A DNA stretch of 62,816 nucleotides from Corallochytrium limacisporum Hawaii (lineage: Eukaryota; Protista; Pluriformea), in the NCBI GenBank assembly GCA_002811645.1, contig PDIP01000066.1, positions 1 through 62,816 on the forward strand. The letters are read 5' to 3'. This document shows positions 24,701 through 36,867 of this stretch, one piece after another. Every line of letters starts with the position of its first letter. Position 1 is the stretch's first letter. Both the position numbers and the translations under genes were made by a program. Under the pieces are notes generated by a model. The model had not been told where the DNA came from. It worked only from the letters and a program-made list of their open reading frames with translations, and made no database searches.

Positions 24701-26259
24701 TTTGGTCACTTCACGGGTTTGCATTGTGAGCACTGCTGATCATCTCAACTAAGCAAGAACACGCAGCGGACTTGACCTGCTTCCGCAAGGAACCCATAAT
24801 GCCCTCAACTTCGGGTCCGCGGGGTTTTGCTTTTATATAACTCTTTTACCATACTTTTCGTTTGTAGATTAATTCATATTACGTCCCAGCAATTGCTCAG
24901 TGGACGTGGACATTGTACTGTGTGTATCAATGTGTTTTGGTCGGGCCGGGTTTGTTTTTTTTTCCTTTGTTTTTAAATTCCTTTGGGGTCGATCATTCAG
25001 TACGCACCGTACGCAGTTTAGGAAAACCATACCCACCTCCTGTGCCCAATCAGACGATGAAAATCAATGGTACATATGGTATGGAACATATATCATCAGA
25101 GAAATGAGAATTGGCACTGTGCTGGTCAGCCCGCACCCCGGTCAATTTCCGTACGTAATGTCCTTACGTCCGAATGGGTACTGGTTGTGTCCGGGACTTC
25201 GGTCCCAGAGTGTGCAACTTTTCCGACCGCCATACAAAATGTTGGTAAAAACAGTGGGTAAAGTGGTCCATTCTTTGGGAACTGCGGGGGTTAAGGTTGC
25301 CAAGAATTTTGTTTGCTTCTTTGACCGCAACTACCAAGACAATTTCTTGGCAACCTGGTACTCTGCAAATCATTGTTTATGTATAGATCGTCGGTGTTTA
25401 CCGATTGGCCACAGGTGTCTTTTCGGTGCCTGCCCGAAGAGTTGCCCTGCCCTTGCGTGGTGTGCTTGCTCAGAACGGCGAGTGACGTTTCAGCACATGC
25501 AGTCAGCCGCAGGCTTATTTTGAAAAGGAAAGGCCGGGGGGGGGGAGGGACACAGTGTCAACTTTTGGCTGACATTGCCAGAATCCCATTTTTTTTATTT
25601 CACTGCCGAGAGAGAGAGAGAGAGAGAGTGCGAGAGCGAGAGCGAGCGGGAAGGACGCGTGGTGTGGGAGGGGGGGGAAGGGGGGAAGGAGGCAGGCCGG
25701 GGACATTGACGGCAGGAAGCGGTTGGTTTGAACGTGGCGAAAGGGAGGCTCAACGATTATTTGTTTCGGGTTCGTTTCCTCTCTCCGTCCCTTTATTTCT
25801 TTTTATCTCCTTTACTTTCCGAGGTTCGTGCCTTTCCAGTACATTTTATATGGCAGCCGGAAATTCAGGATATGCATCAATGTTGCCGGAAGGACAGCCA
25901 GGCAGGGAGGATCCCGCCGGGCCCACGAACAGAAGGCTCCCCCCCCCCCCGGGGGGGGGGGGGAGAATGTGACGGAGAGTTCTGTTCCCATCGATTCAGT
26001 CTCACCTCCACACGCTTTGGATTTGAACTTTATTCTCTTGCCTCAAAAGAGTACACCTGTGATTGATGGCTATGAGTTTAATGATGAATATGGATACATG
26101 ATTTGTTGGTTTCTTGATAACATGGTCCAATGGATTAAGGATGAAGAAGGGCCGCTGCCGTTCTGAGATGTGAGGTGGACTATGCAATAAGTCTCTTCTA
26201 CAGGAATTTCTTAGAGGACTACTCGGCTCTGCATAGTTGTGATACATACCAGCGTTGAC

Positions 26260-28935
26260 TTACAGGACCTGTGCGATAATCTCATCGTACCACTCAGCGT
26301 GGACCTTCGTGTTGTGATCAGCCAGACCACTAGCAGACTTGACCAACTGGTTGAGGTCATCAGCCACTAAGGTCAAGTTGTGTTTCTTGACGAGCTCATC
26401 CTTGATCTCACCCTTTCGCAAAGACTCCGCAAACGCCTGCTGAATGCGACTGGCAATGATCTCAAACATTTTATCGTTCCCGAAAAATACGCGCTCGCAC
26501 ATACCACGCAGGACAGATGAGTCAGTGCCGTTGGTGTGCTCCTTATAGATGGCTTCGATGTCATCCAGAATGTGTTCCAACTGGCTGTCATCAGAGCGAA
26601 GAAGGACCATCAGGCGGTCGTGGACCTTGGCCAACATGGTTTGGTCAAGAGCCAGAGCGCGAATGTGAGTCTTCAGGAGAACCTCAATCGCCTGGACGAA
26701 GCTTAGCAGCCGCAGCTCACCGGCCATACCAATGATGCGCTGAGTGTCCATTTTCATAGTCTCAGGGACGTCGGATTCCTTCCAGCCCAGGGAAGTCCGC
26801 AGCATGCTAACAAAGGCCCAGTCGACAATGTCGCTCTTCTTCGGCTGACCCGCATTGGGATTCTTGGCCTTGTACTCCTCGACACTCTTTTCAATCCATG
26901 CTTTGGTCGAAGGAAGCGATGCGGTCTTAGCATCACCGTAGCGCTTCTCGAACTTCTCCGTCTCGTACTTGATCGCGTGGAGCTTCACCATGGGACGGGC
27001 CTGCATAAGGCGGAAGTTAACAATATCGGTGTGCATCGCGGCCAGACCATCGTAGATACCCTGAGCCAAGTCGACCTCGTTGTCCAGACTCTTCAACCGG
27101 TTGATCTCAGCATCCCGAGCAGGGGCACAGAATTCAGCCATGGCCTTCACAACGTGCTGAAGCACCTCCAAAGGGGTAATGACCTCCTGTTCCAACTGCT
27201 GCTTTATGGACTCCACGTCCAAAGCCTCGATGAAGTTGTGAGTAGCAGGTGCACCGCCAGCGATCAGCTGGTCGCGCATCTCGGCTACCATGGGGGTCAG
27301 ACGCTCTGCGGCCTTGCCCTCTTGAACAGCTTCACGAAGGCTGTCCCAGAAAGCCTTCTTCATCTGATCCATAACGTTGGCCCGCAACTCACCCTCAGAG
27401 CCGCTGCCGGACTTTCGAGTGGATTCCCGAGGAGTGTTCATCCGGAAGCTGGGGTTGATGGCTAACTCATGGGCCATGCGCTCGTTACTAAGAATTTCCT
27501 GAGGCACACCGTTAATACTAGTCTCTGATAGAGGCTCCGGGCGCTCACCCTTTTCCTCAGAGGCAGCCTTAGCAACCTTGCGGAGTTCGTCTGCACTGGC
27601 GGAGTTGTCCTCGAAAGACATGTCAGCCACATTTAGCTCAGAGTCAGTGTCCACCTCCTTCTCAGCCTGCTGAGACACGACCAATTCAAACTCTTCCAGG
27701 CGCTCTCGAGCCTTCTCAGCTGTCTCTTCTTCAACATTCGCAAGGCTCAGGTCCTCAAGATGTGCCTTCAACTCCTGCATACCCTTCGCTCCCCGAAGCT
27801 GCCGGATCTGACGCTCCAGCATGGACTCCTGTCCTTTAATCTGCGGCAGCCATACATTGCGCTCATCCGGATGTGCACAAACACGGCGCTTCAGGCGCTG
27901 CAGCTCTGCATAGTACTCAAACAGCCCCTCAGTCAAGCGTTTAGCATCTTTCATCTTCCACTGGCGGAACTTGTCGCTGAACTTCTTCCATGCTGCAAAG
28001 AAGTCTTTCAGTGCCGCATCCTCCATGACGCTTCCCTCTGTGAATTCACTCAGATACGATCGAAGCCGCATAATTGCTTTAGCAGCCAATTCCTTGACAA
28101 TCTCTTCATCCTCGCCCGCAACGCTGAAGATATGATCTGGGTACTGTGTAATGACGAAGGAGCTCAGGAAAGTGCGGGCAGCCAGGTGAGGCTTGAACTT
28201 GATATGCGAGGCCTCCGAGAAGCGAGCAAAGAGTTGCTGAGTCAATTGAATAATAGATTCACTACGCATGAGTTCTGTAAGCTCTTCGAAGTTGTCCACA
28301 TCCATAAGACGGACCATTACGTTCGCTTCACAGAAGCTAGTAATGGGGTCCGATCCCGTCCCTACGGTACCGTCGCTTTCAGTGCTGGCGTCGTCGCTAA
28401 TGGACTGGCGGATCCTCCGAGCAGGAGACTCTATGCGCATCTGTTTAGCGGCTTCTTCGTCCTCAAAGCGCTTTTGCATGGAGTCAGCACGCTGAGCCCG
28501 CATCATATTTTCAAGTTCCAGCTTGACAATTTTCTCCCTACGAATGCCAGAGGCACGAAGCTGCTTCCTCTCCATGTCACTTTCGAGTTGCTTCCTTTCC
28601 TGCAACTCTTCGTGATTGCGTCTCGCAGCGGCCTTTTCAACACGCCTTACAGTCTTGCGTGCGCTGGCACGACGAGCTTCAATGTGCCGTTCACGACGAC
28701 TCTCTGCGCCATACAGAGTACGGTAAGAGTCACGCTTACGTTCCCGGAGCCTCTCTTCCAAATGATGCGGCTTCTTGCTTGGGCTAGCCTGCTCTTCGGC
28801 AGATGGGATGGTCCAGAAGTGTTCCATGGTTTTGGCCTGTCGTGAAATGTGTGATATGATATGCCCAATTGATATTGTACAAATATATAGTTGCTCACGC
28901 GTCGTTTCGATATCGTGGTAGACTACAGGATTCAT
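26260..28935 (-). CDS. TCP11: T-complex protein 11 (TCP11/Sok1) family protein
   Basis: RTFLSSFVITQYPDHIF, NERMAHELAINPSF, MKKAFWDSL, FCAPARDAEI, YETEKFE and VPETMKMDTQRI. Possible start at 28827. Confidence 0.9.
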   Translation of the reverse strand: MNPVVYHDIETTREQLYICTISIGHIISHISRQAKTMEHFWTIPSAEEQASPSKKPHHLEERLRERKRDSYRTLYGAESRRERHIEARRASARKTVRRVEKAAARRNHEELQERKQLESDMERKQLRASGIRREKIVKLELENMMRAQRADSMQKRFEDEEAAKQMRIESPARRIRQSISDDASTESDGTVGTGSDPITSFCEANVMVRLMDVDNFEELTELMRSESIIQLTQQLFARFSEASHIKFKPHLAARTFLSSFVITQYPDHIFSVAGEDEEIVKELAAKAIMRLRSYLSEFTEGSVMEDAALKDFFAAWKKFSDKFRQWKMKDAKRLTEGLFEYYAELQRLKRRVCAHPDERNVWLPQIKGQESMLERQIRQLRGAKGMQELKAHLEDLSLANVEEETAEKARERLEEFELVVSQQAEKEVDTDSELNVADMSFEDNSASADELRKVAKAASEEKGERPEPLSETSINGVPQEILSNERMAHELAINPSFRMNTPRESTRKSGSGSEGELRANVMDQMKKAFWDSLREAVQEGKAAERLTPMVAEMRDQLIAGGAPATHNFIEALDVESIKQQLEQEVITPLEVLQHVVKAMAEFCAPARDAEINRLKSLDNEVDLAQGIYDGLAAMHTDIVNFRLMQARPMVKLHAIKYETEKFEKRYGDAKTASLPSTKAWIEKSVEEYKAKNPNAGQPKKSDIVDWAFVSMLRTSLGWKESDVPETMKMDTQRIIGMAGELRLLSFVQAIEVLLKTHIRALALDQTMLAKVHDRLMVLLRSDDSQLEHILDDIEAIYKEHTNGTDSSVLRGMCERVFFGNDKMFEIIASRIQQAFAESLRKGEIKDELVKKHNLTLVADDLNQLVKSASGLADHNTKVHAEWYDEIIAQVL

Positions 28936-31900
28936 ATAGCTTCGACCTGATGCTCACAATGCGCAACACACTAGAGCTTTTTAATTACACACTGACGAAC
29001 TGTTTCGTTAAACAAAAAATGAAAACAACTCTATGGTTTCCGTAACACTGCTTCTTCTTGTCTACTGTGACTGTGCGCATGTGTGTGAAGAGAAGACTAT
29101 CTCGGTGATGGTTCACCTTTGCACCGGCGGCACGCCCCATCACTGGCACTCCCTGCAATGGTTCTCCCCTTCCCATCATGCCTTGCCCCCTCCCCCTGCC
29201 GGGACTAAGACTCGCACTGCAAGTGAGACCCACCATTTTCGCCGGGGCCACAGTCCGAGGCCCCCGAGAGCCACCAACCCGTCGGGTCCCTTCGATACCT
29301 CCTTGCGACCACTTCAGTGCGGGAGTAGTACTGAATATATTGAAGAAGTCGGAGATGACGACACATTTGATCGATATCTGAACAGTCTGGGGTCGGTTTT
29401 TTGTTGGGATATTTTTTTTCTATCCTCCCTGCCAGGCTTCGCGACTGTCTTCGAGCCAAGCGGGGATGGGCCCGTCCTCCCCGTCACTTGACCGGTTGCC
29501 CTCCTCCCTCCTTGCAGCCGCGGCACTGGTTCGCTACTGAATGTACGAACAGTTCTCGATTGATCGATGTGATTGGAAGCGGTCACCAATTGGAATCGAT
29601 ATTTTCCGTTTCCGTTTGCGAGGAGCCAGGAACTGGGCTTTACCCGATCAGATCGCTGTCTCTCGTGTTGGTGGAACACTTGCACTGGACAGTGCCATCT
29701 GTAGAGAAAGGTGACTTCCACAAGTACTAAGTGAACGACCGTTTTTCCCTTCATTCTCTAATTTATGTTTTTCCTGCCCTTGGAGTGGCCCGGACTTTCG
29801 GGGCCTGTAGTTTCCCTTCGCTCGTGCGCCACCCGCACCAAAGATGAACACACATGCCTGACAGAGAGCACGAGAGAGCCATTCCTCATCGCCAGCTGGT
29901 ACGGCCCCCAATCCGATACAAACAATATAGACAGCCGGAGAGAGATTAATGCTTCTTTTCGTACTCACTGGTAAAGAGAACGGGAAAAGGGAACAAAAGG
30001 GGTCGATCCTCCGGTGGTCAGCCCGCCGGCAAGCAGGTGCCGCAGCAGGACCTGTGATGCAATCTGGGCAAAAAAGGAAAGGAAACATATTTGGACAAAC
30101 CAATTCCTGTTATTTCAGTACGGGACCGAAGCAAGGCAGCGAATCGGGTGCCAACAATTGCCTCTGCTGCAGGTGAGCTGGCCTGCTCGCTTGCTCGCAC
30201 TGGTTGTAGTTCCTTACATGCCCACAGTGCGAACGACACTGTGTCGTCACCGCACAATCATGCTCTTTGTTTACAAGATTGTCAGCCAATACGATATCCG
30301 CTATTGGGAACTTTCAGGACAGTGGAGGAGCATATGACAAGCTCCGCCGGGCTTGTCGTTTGACGATCATGTCAATTGCCATTATGGAGGACGACGGGTT
30401 CTCCACAAGCGTCACGCAGAGCAACCGGGCCACTGTTGGTCAAATCAGTGGATCTGTCCACTGCACCAACGGTTCAGTGGTACATTCTCTACTACGGACA
30501 ATACCCAACCAACCCCTACCCGTCTCCACCGTGATGTGGGTTTCTATAAGCAGCCAAAGGAGGACCATGATTCGTTCTAAATCCTAGATGTAACACTTAA
30601 GCAGTGTAAGCAGCCATGGGTTACAGTGGTAGTAGTGGCACAGTCGAGCGGAAAGAAAAACACCAGCCTGCGGGAGGACCAGGGAGAAAAAAAACATAAA
30701 AGGTTGATAATATGCAGAGCGGGGTTCTGGAGAGCAGCCAAACCCACCAAGTGATCTGGGTATAAGTGTCTGTTGTCTTGGAAATTCGATTTGCGGCACC
30801 AGTTGCTCACCCTGGTCGCCACAGAGGGCTTGCAGGCAAAACGACGGTGCAGTCAATCAGCACACAGTGGCACCTCTGTGAACTCTGCCGTTGCAGAGGA
30901 GAGCTTTATGGGCCACCACCGGGATTTGATAGCCCAGGTTCTATAGAAAAGAAGTTAATCTTTCCGATGCAACCGAGCGATTTTGTTGTCACGAGAACGG
31001 GTCTGAGCCATGTACCCAATTTTCTCTTGAAGCGCTGCCCGTGAACGCCGGGATATAGTGCGATTGATCCGCTGTGCATTCATCCGGAAACACAGAAAAG
31101 ATTTGTAGCCCTTACCACGGCGTGATCATGTCAATAATGATCAACCGGATATGTGACGCTACGTTTCAATGTGTTTCGCCGTCCGGCACGCTTCCGTCGA
31201 AGAAGTAGGGTTCGAATTTGTCCTGGTTTACACGGGTGAGATAAAGAGCACGTTTGTTCAGTATACACATTAGGGACTGGCTGTATCATTATTCTTGGGA
31301 TCGCCACAGCACATCTCCGGCATATCGGTCAGACTTCTGAAAGCATTGAGAACATGTAGTAGTTCTGGAGCATGGTAAGGATCATCTATACTACTGTGGA
31401 CCCTGCTCATGCATGCCAGCCAGCAACAACCCAGGCGCCAAGATCTTCGATGGTCTGAGAATCAATTGCGCCATAGGTGGACCCGTTTGCTGCTGCAAAT
31501 TCTAATGACTTCCTCTGAATGTGTAAGTTCATTGAAGCCAAAAATAAACATCACTTCGCACACGATGTCGTAGGACAGCATCATTCTCTTTATAATCTGT
31601 GTTTATCATATCTAGAATGGAATATTTTTGTTAATTGTGTCCTATTTGACATCACAGAATTGCAGGGTGAGGTCTTCAGAAAGGGTTCGGCCAAATTTCT
31701 CTACAGCCCGGTGCACAACAGCCTCACCGATCCCTGACATGAAGTGTGCTCACAGTCAGGCCCTGTGACCATATGCAAGTGCGGTACCAGGCCGCATGGT
31801 TCAAGGATACAGTCAAACATAGCACTTCCCCAATGCCAGCCCTCTTCTGCAATCCCACCCAAGACTTTGCTGTGTTGTACGAGAATACTCTTGGGGAGAA

Positions 31901-33084
31901 CCAGTTTTGTCCTATGCGCCCCATGGTTTGGGCTTTGTGTGGCAAGTCTCATCTCAAACAGGACACAGGTACAATAAACAACATCGAGGTGCAGTCCTTT
32001 CAGTAGGCTCCTTTGTTGGCGAACCCCACTGAGAAGGAGTGCAGCTCTGCATAGAAAGAAACTCCTGGAACACAGACTCATGTCTACGGGGGAGAGCGGT
32101 CACAATTTTGGAAGGTATTGACTTGGGGTGATGTATTGTGCTGCAGCAATCCATCTTGATCGATCGCGAGTGGTTGAGTACGCTACTATCTACCAGAATG
32201 TTGACGGTCAACATTCTGGAACGGGAATGTATGAAGAACGAAGCTCCATCTTGGTGAACCCTTCGAATTCTCCCAGTGACATCTGTGTATCGAAATCCGA
32301 AATAAATCCAACAGGGCTTCACTAATGAAAGTGTATGGCGTATTCCTAGACGATTACCATATTTGATCACCCATCGCGCTGGAGCAGCCCAATTTCTTCC
32401 TCACCTGTCACTTCAATGTTCAAGTTTTTCTTCAGCTGGGTACATTTGCTATGGTGCAGAAATTTGCAGTGTCAGCCGTTTTCTGTATTTTGTATTTGTG
32501 CCCGCCGTTCTCTATTTCGCCTTGCGCGATCTGCTGCCGTACAGTGGGGCAGCCAACTCCCCCTGAGATTTACCTCCATTCAGAAATAAAGAAGACTGTA
32601 ACCCTAACTAAATACGTTAATGATTATACTTCAGTCATTTAAATCAATAACTCATAGCCTCAAGAATTGGCCCGGAGACCTAGCTTCGCTATAGCGGATT
32701 AAGAGCGCGAAAAATTCAGGCGCAAGTGGGTGTCGGCTTCGTGGTCTTTGATCTCTTTGGAGGGTTTGTGAACCGAGGGAAGAAGGCTGTTTCGGATGGT
32801 CCGTGGTCTTTTGGGCTGCTCCCTGTCGACATTCCTGTCCAGCGAAGTTATTTTTGACCAGATAATACATGCAACACTAAGTTGTGGAAGTCCTCATCAG
32901 TTAAATTGCATCTGTTTGATGCTGCCAGAAGTACTCAAAGGCTTACAGCACTTGTCGGAAACTGAAGCGCTTTACTGGCTACAAGTGCGAGAGCTAGGGT
33001 AGAGAGCAGAAAGTAGCGCACTCTGGAGGTGGGCAAAAATTTCAAGGATGTGAGGGTGCAATAGAACAAAAGTAATCTAGAAGA

Positions 33085-36000
33085 ATGCCAGGAAGCCTCA
33101 CCAACCGTTGTCAACATGGTGACCACACTCCAAACAGTGTTGACAGGGCAGCTGAAAGATTTGCACAGGAGCTGACCATGGCCCGCGGTACACAGGCCAT
33201 CAAACTTTGTGACCGTGCAATAGAATATCTTACCATGAAGCTCTCTGGATTCAGTGAACAGGCCTTTGTGAGCATCGTCGAGGCCTGTGTGGGAGTGGTA
33301 TGTTCTCCAGTCGTCGACCGGGAGGTAAAGCCCCGACTATTGGGTGCCCTGGCTCAGGCGTACAATCATGGCTGTACACACTCGCGAGATATCGAACACG
33401 CTATTGTATACCACATTTCGACACAGCCGGAATTTTTTTGCCAATTCAAAGAAACCTTTCAAATGCTCGCCAAGATTGGGACAGCCTCGCAGTTCGACGT
33501 CCGTGAGAAAGCTCAAGAGTTCCTTTTCCGCGCAGCCATGGGGATTCATAGAGGTCTATTCAAGCCTGCTTGCGATGCTTTGCAGGCAGTGGTCAAAGAA
33601 CACAAAGTTGCGGCTCTTGCGTGTATGAGACAGGATTGTGTATGGAACTTTGAATTCTGGTTTGACCGTGTGCAACAGACACCTAATGGTACGGATGCAA
33701 TGGTACGGTGGAAATTTCTTGTGTACGTACTTGTCTATGACTTCTTTTCACCGAGTTTTCGGCGTGAGCGAAAGGTAATGCTGGACTGGATTTCTAGAAT
33801 GTTTGAAAGGCCGCAACACAAGGCGTTGGCCTTTAAACAGTGGTCTGATGTTGTGTTCGCATTTGCACCATTTGGGCTTTCCAGAGGGCAGTTTCGACTT
33901 CTCCTTTCACCTTACCATGACAAACTTAGTGATCCCTCAAATATGTCTCCTTGGATTTGGAGTTCAGCAGTGGAGAGTTGGTGGAAGCTATTGCACGGAT
34001 TAGTTTTTGTACCCGACGTTCGGCAATCCTTTCTTAGGTTGCTAAATTACGTTGTACGAGGCGTAGCAACAGAACGTGTGGCCAGTCGCGCTATATGGTT
34101 CCTCGCCGAAAACTGGGACCGTTGTCGTGACACAATTTGCTCAATGACACCTCTTGATTTGAAGAGTGACTCAGTTGAGCGATTTACCACACTGATCACT
34201 GGCTTGTCCACACCTGACCTTGAGCATGCCGTCCCGGAAGCCCTCCAATTTGTCCAGCGACTTGTAACGACACTGCTCAATAGTCCCGACTGGCAGTCTG
34301 CAGAGGACACTACGGTTCTCCTGAATCTACTACCGACGGTCTTTCGGTCCGCTGAGTATGCATATATCGTTAATGCATGCCCGGATGGACTGATCACCTC
34401 ACATCTAGGACGGTTGGATGTATGGCACGAGCTTGTGCTACACTTGAACACCGATATGCATACCGGTTACGGTGCGGGATCTATGATTTGGTTTGAATGG
34501 CATCTCATTAACGATGGATGTCGCCTATTGTTGGAAGCTCATGATGAAGAGATTATGCCTGTCTACGTGACATTGCTGGCGCGGCTGTTTGGCGACTTCT
34601 TCTCAGGCTCTGCACGGATTGATGCGATAGACGGCTCGGAGCTTGTTGTGCTTCAACAAGACTCTCTGCAAATCATTATGTCGTCTGAATGTGTTCTGGG
34701 TCCTGCAGCCATCGAGGCCACTTTTCAGCGTAGTAGCGAGCTTTTGGGTCATTGCCTTGCCATGACCAGGAAAGAGGCGAGCAATTCTTATGAACGGGCT
34801 TTCAAAATGCAACTGTCTCCTGTGATCGAAGATGCTGTTTGTACTTGGTTTGACGAAGCCACAGACCCTGCCTGGTGCTCTAACATTCCGATCGAGTACC
34901 TCGACAGCATTAGCGTGCTTCTGTATGAAGCAATGAAAAGCTCATCATCATCAGTTGTAAAAGCTCTTGCCGCTTTCTGGAACATGCAAGTCGCGAATCG
35001 AGGTCAGCTGGAGAGGATGCCTGCTGTGACCAGCATGGTTTCACAGGAAGAATTAAGTTGCTGCATCGATTCAGTGACATCTAAATTGTCTGCCCACAGT
35101 GTAACGACCAAAGTCCAGGGAGTAGCGAAGAAGGTCCGAATCAATGAAGAGCGCAATGCAACGCTAATCATTCCGAGAAACGAAGTCAGCCTCCAGGCTG
35201 CCTTGACAAGCACTCCTCACGAAGATAACGTCGTTGTCAATGTTGCTTGGCAGAAACCGAGAGATGTCGTGTGGCACAAAGACGCAAGCAACCTTAAGGA
35301 TAGCACCATGCCACTCAATGACGTATTGGGTGATATTTTCCTCCGCGAGAGAGAAGGACGGAGAATATGTGATGCCCTCGGAATTCGCACAGTTGGAGAT
35401 CTGGCCAAATTTCCTTCGTCTCGGAGATGGCAATTGCAATTGTCTGTGCATGGAAGTGAGTTGACAAGATACCTGAAAGAGGTTGTGGCTACTGCTCAGG
35501 TCGAGCCAACGAGTCAAGGACATTCAAACACGAACCGGGCACGAGCATCGCTGCTTGCCGAGCTAAGTCCCAACTCACAGACCGCCTCCACAAATCACCA
35601 TTCTATCACTTGTTCAAGAGGAGCATTCAGTGGCAGATTTAGACCTTCAATGCAATCAAGTACAACACCACTTTCGCCTCCACGTTTCGGACAGAATCCC
35701 GCGGAGGACGGAGCGTCAACTCCTGTGAAGACAGGTGAACAATCAAATCACGGAAGGTCATCGATTGTAACAATTTCTACAGGGACAGGTCCACAATTTG
35801 ACGGCTGTGCAACTTTGCCTCATAGCCCTTCAGACGGTCCCAATGGTCCAACACGAAGTATAGACAACCGGGAACTCCACCAGGCCTCCACACCCGCTTT
35901 CCTTCCAATGGGTCATGAACATGTTACCTATTCATCTAGGACACTAGAACATTTGCGGAGTAACATTGACCATGGACTTGAAGATGGACCTACCCTTCCA

Positions 36001-36867
36001 AGATATCCCAGCTTGCCCATCAGAATCGAGACAATGTTTGGAGGCACAGGGTACTCAAAACAGGTGCACTTGAAGAAAGCACACACGAGTGTATCGACGT
36101 GCCGAGCGCCTTTCTTTTGGCAAGACAAATCACTTGACCATACTCCTCCATTCGGACCTGAAGGGGAGCAATTATCGCTTCAACGGCCAGATCTACGACT
36201 CACTATGCATCTGCCTTTCCTTCCTACGCAAGGCAAACGTGTATGCTACACAGCAGGTGCTCTAGACCTTCTGCCCAGGTGGCACACGACAACCGATGCT
36301 TATCGACCGGCTGTCCCTCTGGATGAATTCTTACCTGCGGTCCACTACAAGGAAACAGCTGTGATCGACAACGCAATAGCAAAGGGAGTTGACGTAAGCT
36401 CACTAGCTGATTTCACACATGGGGAGGGTGTAAAGGCCTCGCGGGATGCGACAAAGATGGGCAACACTCGGCCCATCGCCACTTCTACAGGCCCCCAATA
36501 TGGTAAGCGGGCAAGTATCAGAAATCCTTCTCCGATTTCTACGGTTGTAGTGGTGAGAACACCTGTTGACCAGAGTAGCATTGTCGAAACGTCTTTGCCA
36601 GGGTGCCGTGACATCGAAAACACGTTCGCCAATCGCAAACGATCTCGGCATGAACAAGACGACTTTGGATGCTCCAGGTCGGTCAAAGTGCCTCGGCCTT
36701 CGAACCTCCTTTCTGCAGAGGCTGCGCTCACAAAAGGAGAGCATGGTGGGGACTCTCCTTCCGTACCACTACCAAACATCGCTGGCAAGACAAACAAGCC
36801 TGAGTTGGACGGTACCCCATCTGGATCCCTGCTCAGTCGTCTCGCGAACTGGATCGGATTTGTATGA
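33085..36867 (+). CDS. RIF1: Rif1-like replication-timing/telomere protein (divergent)
   Basis: 1260-aa ORF with a helical N-terminal region (KALAFKQWSDVV, AAFWN) and GIRTVGDLAKF, which resembles the Rif1 C-terminal IKTIGDL motif. Confidence 0.6.
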   Translation: MPGSLTNRCQHGDHTPNSVDRAAERFAQELTMARGTQAIKLCDRAIEYLTMKLSGFSEQAFVSIVEACVGVVCSPVVDREVKPRLLGALAQAYNHGCTHSRDIEHAIVYHISTQPEFFCQFKETFQMLAKIGTASQFDVREKAQEFLFRAAMGIHRGLFKPACDALQAVVKEHKVAALACMRQDCVWNFEFWFDRVQQTPNGTDAMVRWKFLVYVLVYDFFSPSFRRERKVMLDWISRMFERPQHKALAFKQWSDVVFAFAPFGLSRGQFRLLLSPYHDKLSDPSNMSPWIWSSAVESWWKLLHGLVFVPDVRQSFLRLLNYVVRGVATERVASRAIWFLAENWDRCRDTICSMTPLDLKSDSVERFTTLITGLSTPDLEHAVPEALQFVQRLVTTLLNSPDWQSAEDTTVLLNLLPTVFRSAEYAYIVNACPDGLITSHLGRLDVWHELVLHLNTDMHTGYGAGSMIWFEWHLINDGCRLLLEAHDEEIMPVYVTLLARLFGDFFSGSARIDAIDGSELVVLQQDSLQIIMSSECVLGPAAIEATFQRSSELLGHCLAMTRKEASNSYERAFKMQLSPVIEDAVCTWFDEATDPAWCSNIPIEYLDSISVLLYEAMKSSSSSVVKALAAFWNMQVANRGQLERMPAVTSMVSQEELSCCIDSVTSKLSAHSVTTKVQGVAKKVRINEERNATLIIPRNEVSLQAALTSTPHEDNVVVNVAWQKPRDVVWHKDASNLKDSTMPLNDVLGDIFLREREGRRICDALGIRTVGDLAKFPSSRRWQLQLSVHGSELTRYLKEVVATAQVEPTSQGHSNTNRARASLLAELSPNSQTASTNHHSITCSRGAFSGRFRPSMQSSTTPLSPPRFGQNPAEDGASTPVKTGEQSNHGRSSIVTISTGTGPQFDGCATLPHSPSDGPNGPTRSIDNRELHQASTPAFLPMGHEHVTYSSRTLEHLRSNIDHGLEDGPTLPRYPSLPIRIETMFGGTGYSKQVHLKKAHTSVSTCRAPFFWQDKSLDHTPPFGPEGEQLSLQRPDLRLTMHLPFLPTQGKRVCYTAGALDLLPRWHTTTDAYRPAVPLDEFLPAVHYKETAVIDNAIAKGVDVSSLADFTHGEGVKASRDATKMGNTRPIATSTGPQYGKRASIRNPSPISTVVVVRTPVDQSSIVETSLPGCRDIENTFANRKRSRHEQDDFGCSRSVKVPRPSNLLSAEAALTKGEHGGDSPSVPLPNIAGKTNKPELDGTPSGSLLSRLANWIGFV

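Noticed and set aside
27760-28845. 361-aa + strand ORF and similar long antisense ORFs (53156-54136, 6134-7024)
   Set aside because: Antisense shadows of well-supported genes.
31200-31240. GGTTCGAAT B-box/tRNA T-loop-like motif
   Set aside because: No cloverleaf stems could be formed around it.
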